Origin: Candidatus Poribacteria bacterium
GTDB lineage: Bacteria > Poribacteria > WGA-4E > PCPOR2b
NCBI GenBank assembly: GCA_965215015.1
Contig: OZ244042.1
Span: 4,096,001 to 4,160,000, forward strand
DNA length: 64,000 bases
Reading direction: 5' to 3'
The notes below the pieces were generated by a model, which was not told the origin of the DNA, searched no databases, and saw nothing but the letters and a program-made list of their open reading frames with translations. Shown in pieces: positions 1 through 10,173 of this stretch. The translations under genes and the position numbers were made by a program. The first letter of the stretch is position 1. Every line of letters begins with the position of its first letter.

Positions 1-1
1 C

Positions 2-2083
2 CACTATTTTCGACAATACAAGGACGTTATTATCATAGATGAGGCACACCATTTTCGGAATGCCGGTTCCAAGCGCGGTCAATTTTTGATGGAACTCGCT
101 AAAGAGAAGCAGCTTTACCTCCTCACTGCCACGCCAATCAACAATAGCCTCAACGATATTTCTAATCTGATTAATTACTTTGGGCAGCACCCAAGCCACT
201 TTGCTCACATCGGTGTTCACGATTTCCGAAAACACTTTCGGGACATTGAAAAACGGTTTGAGGATGAACACGCCGAGATTGCCGAACAGGCTGACGACGA
301 AGATCTCTTGCGCCAAGACCCTGTTCTCAAACAAATTCTCATCCAGCGCAGCCGGGAATACATCAAACATGCTGAGAAGGAATCTGGGACTGATATCCTC
401 TTCCCTGAGCGTGTTATCCAACCTACGGTACAATACTCGCTCCGCCAAGTCTATCGCACGCTCTATAGTGAACTCCAAAGTGCTTTTGACCGGGATGATC
501 CGTTTCTCAATTTGGCAATCTACAACACTACCAGGTATCACAAAAATCCGCAGAGAGGGATACAGCAACGGCAAACGCAATTGATTGGTCTCCTCCGCAC
601 CCTTGTGCTCAAACGCTTGGAAAGCTCATGGCGAGCCTTTGAAGCCACTATTGAAAACCTACTTCTCAAGATGGCAGTTTGGCTCCAAAGATATGCCCCT
701 GAACGCTTTGACATGTGGGAGGCTACCAATCCGAGATGGTGGCGTGTTGTTCAGGTACACATCTGCGAAAGACTCCAAGAAGATGGAATCCTACAAGGAC
801 AATCCCCACAATATACAATCCCACTGGAAAATCTGCAAAACTCCGTTGCGTCCAACTCCTCGGAAGAAGAAGACGATATCGCTTCGGTTGAAAGCGAGGC
901 GGAATTCATTCCTGAGGATCACGATTTGGATCCTTTGTTTAATGATGTGGTAGACGATATGAATTTCTTAACTGGCCTCCTCAGTCGAATATACCGACGC
1001 TTCTATGCCGATCAGTTGGCTAGCGACCCGGATACGCAGAAGGATGATAAATTTCAACAACTCCTGAATCTCTTAAAAAAGCATCCGGACGAGAAATTAC
1101 TCATTTTTACCGAATTTTGCGACACCGCTCGCTACCTGTATGCCCAACTGCAAAATTCTGGCTTTGAGCAGCTCGCCCAAATTGATAGCCGCCGCAAGGT
1201 GAACCGTGAGGAGATTATTATACGCTTTTCGCCTTGCTACAACTGGAGGGACCCTCAAACGGTTGTGCCAATTCAGACGCTTATCACAACGGATGTCCTC
1301 GCTGAAGGGCTGAACCTGCAAGATGCGTCCATCATCATCAATTATGACCTGCATTGGAATCCTGTCCGGCTGATGCAACGAATCGGTAGACTGGACCGCC
1401 GCCTTGACCCAAAAATCGAGACACGACTCAACCGAATCAACCCGACTGTTCGCGTCTGGAATTTTCTTCCACCCGTGGAGCTCGATGACCTCCTCAAACT
1501 CCGCAGACGGGTTGATGGTAAAATCCTCCGCATCAGTCGAACCCTTGGCATTGAAGGTAAGTTTGTTTCACCGGATGACCCCGAAGAGACCATCCGTCTC
1601 TTTAACGAACAATATGATGGTACTGAAAGCATTGAAGAGCTGATGAACCTTGAACGTCAGCGAATCGCTGAATCACAACCCGATTTATGGGGTCAACTGC
1701 CAAACCTACCGCTGCGCCTCTTTTCGGGCAAACGCTCAAATGACGAACCACCACCTTTCCGTAATCGCGAAAACGAACTGATTCTACTTGAGCGCACCGG
1801 TGCCACCGGAATTTTCTGTTGTTATCAGATGCCAAACGATGAGGTTCAATGGTATTTCTATAACGCTGAAACTGATGAAGTGCTTGACAACATTGAGCAA
1901 ATCTGGCCTGAAATCCGATGCGGTGTGAAAACACCGCGCCATATTGAGGGTGGACAGGGTGGGCTCGTAGCCGCACAGAAAAAGGTTGAACGCCATATCC
2001 GCCGCACCTATCTTCGACGCATACAGGCCTCTATTGGAGCAAAGCCCAAACTTCTTGCGTGGATGGAAATTTCCTCAGGTTAA
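2..2083 (+). CDS. SNF2-like SF2 helicase (5' part outside window), partner of the downstream DNA methyltransferase
   Basis: Frame open from base 2: IIIDEAHHFRN (motif II), LLTATPINN (III), TTDVLAEGLNLQ (V), YDLHWNPVRLMQRIGRLDR (VI). Confidence 0.9.
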   Translation, partial: HYFRQYKDVIIIDEAHHFRNAGSKRGQFLMELAKEKQLYLLTATPINNSLNDISNLINYFGQHPSHFAHIGVHDFRKHFRDIEKRFEDEHAEIAEQADDEDLLRQDPVLKQILIQRSREYIKHAEKESGTDILFPERVIQPTVQYSLRQVYRTLYSELQSAFDRDDPFLNLAIYNTTRYHKNPQRGIQQRQTQLIGLLRTLVLKRLESSWRAFEATIENLLLKMAVWLQRYAPERFDMWEATNPRWWRVVQVHICERLQEDGILQGQSPQYTIPLENLQNSVASNSSEEEDDIASVESEAEFIPEDHDLDPLFNDVVDDMNFLTGLLSRIYRRFYADQLASDPDTQKDDKFQQLLNLLKKHPDEKLLIFTEFCDTARYLYAQLQNSGFEQLAQIDSRRKVNREEIIIRFSPCYNWRDPQTVVPIQTLITTDVLAEGLNLQDASIIINYDLHWNPVRLMQRIGRLDRRLDPKIETRLNRINPTVRVWNFLPPVELDDLLKLRRRVDGKILRISRTLGIEGKFVSPDDPEETIRLFNEQYDGTESIEELMNLERQRIAESQPDLWGQLPNLPLRLFSGKRSNDEPPPFRNRENELILLERTGATGIFCCYQMPNDEVQWYFYNAETDEVLDNIEQIWPEIRCGVKTPRHIEGGQGGLVAAQKKVERHIRRTYLRRIQASIGAKPKLLAWMEISSG

Positions 2084-2086
2084 TAA

Positions 2087-2800
2087 TTGTCTGAATCAGG
2101 ATTTTCAGGATGAAAGGATTGGCAGGATGATTTCATTCAGGTTGACAGTCTGTTCATGAGTGCCATAGAAGTATTTGCGGTTAGGATTTTAATGGCATTT
2201 GGGTGTTAGCCAAGCCGTATGCCGTAGCGGTTGTCTGAATCAGGATTTTCAGGATGAAAGGATTGGCAGGATGATTTCATTTAGACTGGCAGTCTATTCA
2301 TGCACACCCCAGAAGTATTTGCGGTTAGGATTTTAACGGCATTTGGGTGTTAGCCAAGCCGTATGCCGTAGCGGTTGTCTGAATCAGGATTTTCAGGATG
2401 AAAGGATTGGCAGGATGATTTCATTCGGACTGACAGTCTGTTCATGAGTGCCCCAGAAGTATTTGCGGTTAGGATTTTAATGGCATTTGGGTGTTAGCCA
2501 AGCCGTATGCCGTAGCGGTTGTCTGAATCAGGATTTTCAGGAGGAAAGGGTTGGGGGGATGATTTCATTTAGACTGGCAGTCTATTCATGCACACCCCAG
2601 AAGTATTTGGGGATAGGATTTTAATGGCAGTTGGGTGTTAGCCAAGTCGTATGCCGTAGCGGTTGTCTGAATCAGGATTTTCAGGATGAAAGGATTGGCA
2701 GGATGATTTTATTTAGACTGGCAGTCTATTCATGAGTGCCCTACAAGTATTTGAGGTTAGGAGTTTGATGGCAGTTGGGTGTTAGCCAAGCCCTATACCG
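2087..2800 (+). repeat. Tandem array of five 144-bp units (starts 2087, 2231, 2375, 2519, 2663)
   Basis: Each unit begins TTGTCTGAATCAGGATTTTCAGGATGAAAGGATTGGCAGGAT (variant in unit 4) and units 1-4 end GTATGCCGTAGCGG; exact 144-bp period. Confidence 0.97.
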
Positions 2801-2839
2801 TTTGATTCTATCCGAAAGAAAAAAAATGGAGATAATTTA

Positions 2840-5800
2840 GTGCCCCAAATAACGCCTGAGAATATTCACAGTATCTATAACTTTGACGCATTGTTAAACT
2901 TTTTGCGAGAAAAGCTTGACTGGCCCATCCCTGAAGGGGTTGAACTTGAAGATGTTGCCTTTCCTTGGTCCCCCGAAGATCTCGATCTGGATGAACCGAC
3001 TGAGGGGCGAATCATTGACTGTTGGCAGCTGCCGCCTTTCTCAACTGACCAGCTTGAACTCGGATTTCATGAGGGGGGCCAACCGTGGGGCATCTTTTTT
3101 GTCCAATTTAAGAGTGAATCCATCTATCGGACTGCCCTAAGACGTGTTCTACGTGGGCTTGTTGAGAGACGGGACCGAGATCCAAACCTTCCCGTTTGGA
3201 ATCATGATCAACTCCTCTTTATCTGTACCACAGATGACTTTCAACGCTTCGCTTTTGCACACTTCGCCTCCACCGAAAACTGGCACCGCGCTGTGCTCTC
3301 CATCTTTTCGTGGGAACAGGGAGATACCCACCTCCGCACCCTCTGCGAATATAACCTCCCCGCCCTCACGTTTCCAACAGGAGGATTCTCAAATAATCAG
3401 GACTGGCTCCGAGAATGGCAAGCAGCATTTGACGTGGAAGCAGTTACCGAAAAATTCTTTGCCGAATACCAACGTATCTTTGAACAGGTAGAAGCTGCAA
3501 TCGAGGGTATTCCAGCAAGCGAAAAAGCGCAACGTCGGTTGTATATGCAACGACTCTTCAACCGGCTGATGTTCCTTCGATTTGTTGAAAAGAAGAAGTG
3601 GCTTACCTACAACAGCGATTACAACTACCTACGCGCTCTTTTCAACGCTGCGAACGAAACTGACGAAAACTTTCTCAATGACCGGCTCTATTGGGCCTTC
3701 TTTAATGGACTCGGCACCGCAGCAGATTTACCTCACGACTGCGCTGAAATTGAGGAGCGGCGAGGTAAAGTTCCTTTTCTCAACGGTGGGCTCTTTGAGA
3801 TGCAAGAATATGATGAACGCCATGCGGTGCATATCCCTAACACTGAGTTTGGCAAAATTTTGGACCTTTTTGAGCGATACAACTTTACGGTAACCGAATC
3901 CACTCCACTTGATATTGAGGTTGCTGTTGATCCCGAGATGCTTGGAAAGGTGTTTGAAGAACTTGTGACAGCCAGACACGATACCGGCAGCTACTACACA
4001 CCGCGCCCGGTTGTCTCCTTTATGTGCCGAGAGAGTTTGAAAATCTGCCTTCGTAATAAAACCGATGAAACACCGGCATGTCTTCAAGCATTTGTCGATG
4101 CCGATGATGCGACGGCAATTAGGAATCCAGAGCAGGTATTACAGGTGCTTCAAACGCTCCGCATTTGCGACCCAGCGTGTGGGAGTGGTGCCTATCTGCT
4201 CGGAATGATGAGCGAACTGCTTCGCTTGCGCGATGCCCTGTTCCAAAGCAATCAGATTGATGCCAAAACGACCTATCAACGCAAACTGGACATCATTCAG
4301 GAAAACCTCTACGGCGTGGACAACGATGAATTCGCTGTCAATAATGCCATGCTCCGCTTGTGGCTTAGCCTCGCAGTTGATTATGAGGGTGATATACCAG
4401 AACCGTTGCCTAACTTAGACTATAAAGTTACTGTTGGAGATAGCGTAACGGGGCCTGCGCCTGAACCTTCCGATGGCCAACTCCGGTCCGAAGACAGTTT
4501 AATTCAACAGATTCAGGAACATAAAGCCAACTATCTGGTTACCCACACTGATTTTGAGAAACAGAGACTTCGAGAGAGGATTACCGAACTCAAAAGAGAT
4601 CTTCAAGGGTGGAGTGTAAGCCAGGATGAGTTCGTCTGGCAGGTCGAATTTTCAGAAGTCTTCCAGGAAGGTGGATTTGATATTATCGTCGGCAACCCCC
4701 CTTATGTGCGACATGAGCTTATCAGACCGATTAAACCGATTTTAGAACAGCGATTTTCGGGTTTTTTTGTAAGCACTGCGGACCTCTATGTCTACTTCTA
4801 TAAACGAGGAGCGGAATTGCTCCGCGGGGGCGGGATTCTCACTTATATCTCCTCCAATAAATTTTTGCGAGCAGGGTACGGTCGGAAACTCCGGCAGCTC
4901 TTGACGAATAAAATGTGCCTTCAAAAACTGCTCGATTTTGGGAGTGTGCCAGTTTTTGGGGCGAGTGTGGATACCTGTATTGTCCTTGTTGAAAACGCTA
5001 TTCCGGGGGGAGAGACGTTTGCGGCGGCAATCTTTCGTGACAAGGCCGATGTCCCTCGCCTCTCTACAGCGTTTCAAGAGCATGCGATTTCTATGTACGC
5101 CCGCGACTTGTCCCCAGATGGATGGACTTTGACATCACCGGAGGCACTGAAACTGCTCGAAAAACTCCAAGGAACCGGAACACCGCTGGGAGAATACATG
5201 GATGGTGATTTCTATATCGGCGTGGTAACAGGCTGCAATGAGGCCTTTATAATTGATGCCTTAACGCGTCAGCAGCTGATTGCTGAGGATCCCAATAGTG
5301 GTGAACTCATAAAATCCTTGTTTCGTGGACGCAATCTTCAAAAATGGAGAACAGAAGCAACAGACGAGTATCTTATAACAATAGCGAGCAGCGCGAACGT
5401 GGAATGGCCTTGGTCAAATGCAGCAAACTATTTAGAAGCGGAACAACTTTTCGCCCAAACTTATCCGGCAATTTATCAACATTTGAACGCTTATCGGGAA
5501 TCGTTGATTTGCCGTATCGACCAAGGCACATTTTATTGGGAACTCCGCTCCTGTTTTTATTATACCAAGTTTGAAAAACCGAAGATTGTCTACCGAGACA
5601 TGGCAAAGTTCTTCTCAGCAAGCTATGATACTAAGGGAACATTCAGTTTAAACACAACATTCTTCATACCCACCGGCGATCTCTCTTTACTCGCTATTCT
5701 GAATAGTCAGCTCTTTGATTGGTATGCCCGACACAAGTTTCAGACCCTTAACGACCCGTGGGCGGGAGGTGGGCTGCGTTTCTTTGTGCAGTATATGCGG

Positions 5801-6004
5801 CGTGTTCCGATAGCAGGCCGTACTGCGGTGCAAAAAGCAGCTTTGGCGCGTTTGGTTGAACGGATACTCATAGACCCCAAAGGTGATAAGGTACGTGACT
5901 TTGAGAGGGAAATAGATGCACAGGTCTATCAACTCTACGACTTAACAGATGAAGAGATTGCGTTGATTGAGCGGACATACGAGGAGGCAGGGATGCAGCG
6001 GTGA
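2840..6004 (+). CDS. Eco57I/TaqI-like (type IIG-related) N6-adenine DNA methyltransferase with C-terminal target-recognition domain
   Basis: GSYYTPR (X), DPACGSGAYL (I), DIIVGNPPYVR (IV), TaqI_C-like C-terminus; GGAG RBS before GTG. Confidence 0.88.
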   Translation: MPQITPENIHSIYNFDALLNFLREKLDWPIPEGVELEDVAFPWSPEDLDLDEPTEGRIIDCWQLPPFSTDQLELGFHEGGQPWGIFFVQFKSESIYRTALRRVLRGLVERRDRDPNLPVWNHDQLLFICTTDDFQRFAFAHFASTENWHRAVLSIFSWEQGDTHLRTLCEYNLPALTFPTGGFSNNQDWLREWQAAFDVEAVTEKFFAEYQRIFEQVEAAIEGIPASEKAQRRLYMQRLFNRLMFLRFVEKKKWLTYNSDYNYLRALFNAANETDENFLNDRLYWAFFNGLGTAADLPHDCAEIEERRGKVPFLNGGLFEMQEYDERHAVHIPNTEFGKILDLFERYNFTVTESTPLDIEVAVDPEMLGKVFEELVTARHDTGSYYTPRPVVSFMCRESLKICLRNKTDETPACLQAFVDADDATAIRNPEQVLQVLQTLRICDPACGSGAYLLGMMSELLRLRDALFQSNQIDAKTTYQRKLDIIQENLYGVDNDEFAVNNAMLRLWLSLAVDYEGDIPEPLPNLDYKVTVGDSVTGPAPEPSDGQLRSEDSLIQQIQEHKANYLVTHTDFEKQRLRERITELKRDLQGWSVSQDEFVWQVEFSEVFQEGGFDIIVGNPPYVRHELIRPIKPILEQRFSGFFVSTADLYVYFYKRGAELLRGGGILTYISSNKFLRAGYGRKLRQLLTNKMCLQKLLDFGSVPVFGASVDTCIVLVENAIPGGETFAAAIFRDKADVPRLSTAFQEHAISMYARDLSPDGWTLTSPEALKLLEKLQGTGTPLGEYMDGDFYIGVVTGCNEAFIIDALTRQQLIAEDPNSGELIKSLFRGRNLQKWRTEATDEYLITIASSANVEWPWSNAANYLEAEQLFAQTYPAIYQHLNAYRESLICRIDQGTFYWELRSCFYYTKFEKPKIVYRDMAKFFSASYDTKGTFSLNTTFFIPTGDLSLLAILNSQLFDWYARHKFQTLNDPWAGGGLRFFVQYMRRVPIAGRTAVQKAALARLVERILIDPKGDKVRDFEREIDAQVYQLYDLTDEEIALIERTYEEAGMQR

Positions 6005-6151
6005 GGCAGAGGGTTAAATTCGTTTTCCAGAAGTAAATCCGATGAGATTTTCACGGGCACTGCGAACTGATAATGAGGGAGACAAATTCTATCTAAGATT
6101 TGTTATTTCTGAACAAGGATTATATTTTTCCGTAAGTGGTTTAGCTAATCC

Positions 6152-6524
6152 GTCTGAATCAGGATTTTCAGGATGAAAGGATTGGCAGGAAGATTTCATT
6201 CGGACTGATAGTCTATTCATGAGTGCCGCACAAGTATTTGAGGGTAGGCGTTTAATGGCAGTTGGGTGTTAGCCAAGCCCTATGCCGTTTAATTCTATCC
6301 GAAAGAAAAAAAATGGAGATAATTCAGTGCCCCAAATAACGCCTGAGAATATTCACAGCATCTATAACTTTGACGCATTGTTAAACTTTTTGCGAGAAAA
6401 GCTTGACTGGCCAATCCCTGAAGGGGTTGAACTTGAAGCAGAGGGTTAAATTCGTTTTCCAGAAGTAAATCCGATGAGATTTTCACGGGCACTGCGAACT
6501 GATAATTAGGGAGGCAAATTCTAT
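6152..6524 (+). pseudogene. Internally deleted tandem copy of the methyltransferase cassette (one repeat unit + RBS + first 37 codons fused to the 3' flank)
   Basis: 6152-6438 matches 2665-2951; 6439-6524 matches 6007-6092; residual 40-aa ORF at 6327-6449. Confidence 0.92.
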
Positions 6525-6530
6525 TCCATC

Positions 6531-8219
6531 ATGCGTCCAATTCCCCGCCGTCTTTTCCTACAATACTGCCTCTTTGGGTTAGGGATGCCGTTTTTGCCGC
6601 GGTGCTCATCCCCTTCTCCTAAGCCATTGACCTTCAACATCCCGGGTGAGATTATCGGTGAACCGAGTGGGATTGGCCATCTTGTGCGGCAGCCACTCGC
6701 GGAGACGCTCATCCCTCCGTCGACCGGGAGGCGACACACCGCACTCATTGTCGGCGGTGGAGTCTCAGGGGTCAGTGCAGGTTGGAAATTGGCGAGATCC
6801 GGTGTTACCGATTTTGTCATTCTTGATTTGGGGGACCAATTGGGCGGCACCTCAATTGCCGGTCGCGTCGAAGCAGATGGTATCGCATTCCCCTGGGGAG
6901 CGCACTACATCAACACACCGCCGATGGAGGCGGATTGTATCCTTGAGGTGCTCGAAGAGCTTCAGGTTGTCGTGGACTACACCCCCCTCGGATGGCCCAT
7001 TATGAATCCGGATTACGTTCTGCGCGAACCGGCGGAACGTCTGTTTATTGAGAACCGTTGGGTGGAAAATCTCGACCCCTTTTCCACCGGGTCCCAGGGG
7101 GATCAGCAGGCGTTCCAAGAATTTCAGACCGATATGCTTCGGTGGACGTTCTACAGAGGCGCGGATCAACGCCGTGCGTTTACGCTGCCGTTAGAATATA
7201 GCAGTGCGGATCCGGAGGTGCGTGCGTTGGATAAGATTACAATGCGGGAATACATGCGACAAAAGGGATGGGATTCAGAGCGATTGGATTGGTTTGTCAA
7301 CTACGGCTGCCGCGATGATTACGCCTGCCCGATTGATGAAGTTTCGGCGTGGGCGGGCATCCACTACTACGCGTGTCGTTATTACGCAGGTCAACTACAG
7401 GATCGCTTTCCAGTCCATACAGTCACATGGCCCGAAGGCAATGCCTTTCTGATAAACGGTATGGCACAGCGTTTTTCGTCAACCAACGTCCGCATGAATG
7501 CACTCGTCCTTTCCATTCACCAGCAGGGGGATGAGGTGCTCGTAACCTTCATGGACACCCAAACCCGTCAATTCACGACGTTGCGCGGACAAACAGCAAT
7601 CTACGCCGGACAGAAGCATATCGCCAACCATATCATACCCAATCTCCCCAATGATCAGAAGACTGCTTTCCAGGGGTGCCAATATACCCCGTGGCTGACA
7701 GGGAGCATTCACCTCAAACGTCTACCTCAGACAAGACGGAACGCGATTGCTTGGGATAATGTCATGTATGAGAGCGAAGGGTTAGGCTATATCGCCGCCG
7801 AGCATCAGACGCGGGATGCAGCAGATAGTGGAGGCCCATCGGTTCTTATCTACTACCTTCCCTTTGCCCGCGAACCGGATATTAAGCGGAGAGAACTGCT
7901 TGACAAGGGACACGATTTCTGGGTGAACGAAATCATGAAAGATCTCTGGCAGATGCACCCCGGTATCGAAAAGGACATCACCCGAATCGATCTCTATAAA
8001 TGGGGGCACGCGATGATCAGGCCGACGCCCAATTTTATTTGGCATCCGAATCGGGCATTACGTGGGCGTCCATTTGGCAGGATTTTCTTCGCAAATGCGG
8101 ATGTGACCGGGCTGCCGCTTTTTGAGGAGGCGTGTTATTCTGGCATCCATGCAGCGCAGGGCGCAATGAACGCACTACAGATTCCTTATGCGGATTCAAT
8201 TCGAGGAAGTATTCACTGA
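6531..8219 (+). CDS. FAD-dependent amine oxidase-like oxidoreductase, possible Tat export signal
   Basis: IVGGGVSG FAD motif, WGAHY, SAWAGIHY, WGHAMIRP, LPLFEEA; N-terminal RRLFL. Confidence 0.8.
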   Translation: MRPIPRRLFLQYCLFGLGMPFLPRCSSPSPKPLTFNIPGEIIGEPSGIGHLVRQPLAETLIPPSTGRRHTALIVGGGVSGVSAGWKLARSGVTDFVILDLGDQLGGTSIAGRVEADGIAFPWGAHYINTPPMEADCILEVLEELQVVVDYTPLGWPIMNPDYVLREPAERLFIENRWVENLDPFSTGSQGDQQAFQEFQTDMLRWTFYRGADQRRAFTLPLEYSSADPEVRALDKITMREYMRQKGWDSERLDWFVNYGCRDDYACPIDEVSAWAGIHYYACRYYAGQLQDRFPVHTVTWPEGNAFLINGMAQRFSSTNVRMNALVLSIHQQGDEVLVTFMDTQTRQFTTLRGQTAIYAGQKHIANHIIPNLPNDQKTAFQGCQYTPWLTGSIHLKRLPQTRRNAIAWDNVMYESEGLGYIAAEHQTRDAADSGGPSVLIYYLPFAREPDIKRRELLDKGHDFWVNEIMKDLWQMHPGIEKDITRIDLYKWGHAMIRPTPNFIWHPNRALRGRPFGRIFFANADVTGLPLFEEACYSGIHAAQGAMNALQIPYADSIRGSIH

Positions 8220-8259
8220 GCAAATAGGCTACTTTTTTTATTCTGTTTTTTGACAGCTG

Positions 8260-8268
8260 TGATATAAT
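8260..8268 (+). promoter_or_regulatory. Extended -10 promoter (TGaTATAAT) of speD
   Basis: TGnTATAAT about 70 bp upstream of the start. Confidence 0.55.
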
Positions 8269-8338
8269 TATCTTGCTTTACACAATTTTGTATTGGTCAA
8301 CGAGATAGCAGACATCGTAACGGGGCAGGAATTCGGCA

Positions 8339-8719
8339 ATGCAGGCACTAGGACGACAAATTCTGATTGAATTTTACGATTGCCAGAGTGAGGTACTTAC
8401 CGATAGAAATCAAATCCGTCAATATATGCTTGAAGCAGCCCGCCACGCCGGAGCGACGGTGATATCGGATACATTCCATCATTTCAAGCCGGATGGCATC
8501 AGCGGTCTGGTCGTCATTGCGGAATCTCATATATCCATTCACACTTGGCCCGAGCACCGTTACGCTGCGGTCGATGTATTTACCTGCGGCAATTCCGTTG
8601 ATCCTTGGGGCGTTCCGCGCTATCTCCAAGAAAAATTACAATCTGAAAATGTCTCAAGCATGGAGATAAAGCGCGGACTGTTCCAAATTCCGGTACAGTA
8701 CAAACCTACTAATGGGTGA
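8339..8719 (+). CDS. speD: S-adenosylmethionine decarboxylase proenzyme
   Basis: IAESHISIHTWPE self-cleavage motif and DVFTCG. Confidence 0.95.
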   Translation: MQALGRQILIEFYDCQSEVLTDRNQIRQYMLEAARHAGATVISDTFHHFKPDGISGLVVIAESHISIHTWPEHRYAAVDVFTCGNSVDPWGVPRYLQEKLQSENVSSMEIKRGLFQIPVQYKPTNG

Positions 8720-8917
8720 AACGTGAAAACAATTTGTTCATTCGTGTATTAATGAATAAGTAAATAAATGAAACGGGGGTAAAAACGAGATTCTCACCAA
8801 CCCGCACCAAAGGTTAATAAAATCTTCTAAACTTATCTCTTGACCGCTCCCCACCTTAAAAGACAGGGTTTTAGATCGGAAGATCGGAATAAAAATACTT
8901 GTAGGAGGAAACTACCG

Positions 8918-9715
8918 ATGAAAGTGAATCTAAATGAACGGGTGGCCATCGTTACCGGCGGTGCACATGGCATTGGACGCGCCATTGTGCAGGCGTTATC
9001 CGACAACGGCGCACATATCGTCATCGTGGATATCGACGCTGAAACCGGTGAGAAAGCTGCGAACGAGATTATCGAGGGCGGTGGCGCGTGTATGTCGCTA
9101 GCGGGGGACGTATCCGACGTAAAACAGATGGAAGCTGTGGCAGAGCAGGTCATGGATCGCCTTGGACGGATTAATATATTGATTAATAACGCAGGCATCA
9201 ATACCCGCAGTGACCGCGTGCCAATTCATCAATATTCGCTTGAAGATTGGAATCGTATTGTGGACGTTGACATGACGGGCGTTTTTGTAACCAGTCGTGC
9301 GGTTATTCCTGAAATACTGAAGAACTCCGATGGTGGACGCATCGTGAACACGAGCTCCATTGCGGGCTTGGTGCCCCTACGGTTACAGAGTGCCTATATC
9401 GCTGCCAAAGCGGGCGTTGCCAACTTGACAAAATCGATGGCGATAGAGCTCGGTTCACAGGGGATTCTTGTCAACGCGGTTGCGCCGGGATCTACCCTGA
9501 CTCGCGGGACTGAGGCGTTGTTCTATGGTCCCGATGGCGCGTATACCGAGAACGCTGCGAGTTTGTTATCGCACATCCCGCTGGGTCGACCGGGTAAGGT
9601 AGAAGAGATTGCACACGCTGTGCTATTTTTAGTGTCGCCGGAAGCGAGTTATATTAATGGGGTCGTCTTGCCGGTGGATGGGGGTTGGACTGCTGGTTAT
9701 GTGCGCGATTGGTAG
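8918..9715 (+). CDS. Short-chain dehydrogenase/reductase
   Basis: TGGAHGIG, NNAG, YIAAK; AGGAGG RBS before ATG 8918. Confidence 0.92.
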   Translation: MKVNLNERVAIVTGGAHGIGRAIVQALSDNGAHIVIVDIDAETGEKAANEIIEGGGACMSLAGDVSDVKQMEAVAEQVMDRLGRINILINNAGINTRSDRVPIHQYSLEDWNRIVDVDMTGVFVTSRAVIPEILKNSDGGRIVNTSSIAGLVPLRLQSAYIAAKAGVANLTKSMAIELGSQGILVNAVAPGSTLTRGTEALFYGPDGAYTENAASLLSHIPLGRPGKVEEIAHAVLFLVSPEASYINGVVLPVDGGWTAGYVRDW

Positions 9716-10073
9716 CCTATGTCGGTTCATTAGCTTATTGGTTGGTTGAACTGATGAACCTTATACATTGGGCTCAGCTGGATCGAAAGGTAGAACACTT
9801 GACGCGGGGAACGCCGCCCCTACAGGAAAATTGATAGATTTTCAATACCTATAGGAGTTACGCACTTCGTTGGCAAAAATCGTGTCCTGAACCCAATCCG
9901 ATCACAGGTTAGGGAACCCCGGTTCTGTTGACCTTTGCGAGATATGAATATAGACTTACAGGTTATATGCTAGTATTGGATCGATTGGGAGGAGCGGACA
10001 AGATGCCCGGTCTACGGGTTTGGTGTTTGGGTTACACTATATCTACATGATAAGCCTGTGTTGTTGCAAAGGG

Positions 10074-10173
10074 TAGGTTCTGTTGTGGTTGATAGGAATT
10101 CGCTTTTACCGTTCAATCCAACTCCGTTCCGAGAGCCTGTGACCTATGTGTTGTCAAATGTCAACACGTCCTA
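10074..10173. mobile_element. MITE-like element with imperfect terminal inverted repeats (TAGGTTCTGTTG ... CAACACGTCCTA)
   Basis: Internal CTCCGTTCCGAGAG recurs inverted at 54841-54900 (with the TIR) and at about 56688-56713. Confidence 0.55.

Noticed and set aside
2-6004. Complete DISARM or BREX system
   Set aside because: No drmA/B/C, pglZ or brxC genes in the window
8840-8917. Extended SDR N-terminus
   Set aside because: AGGAGG RBS points to ATG 8918
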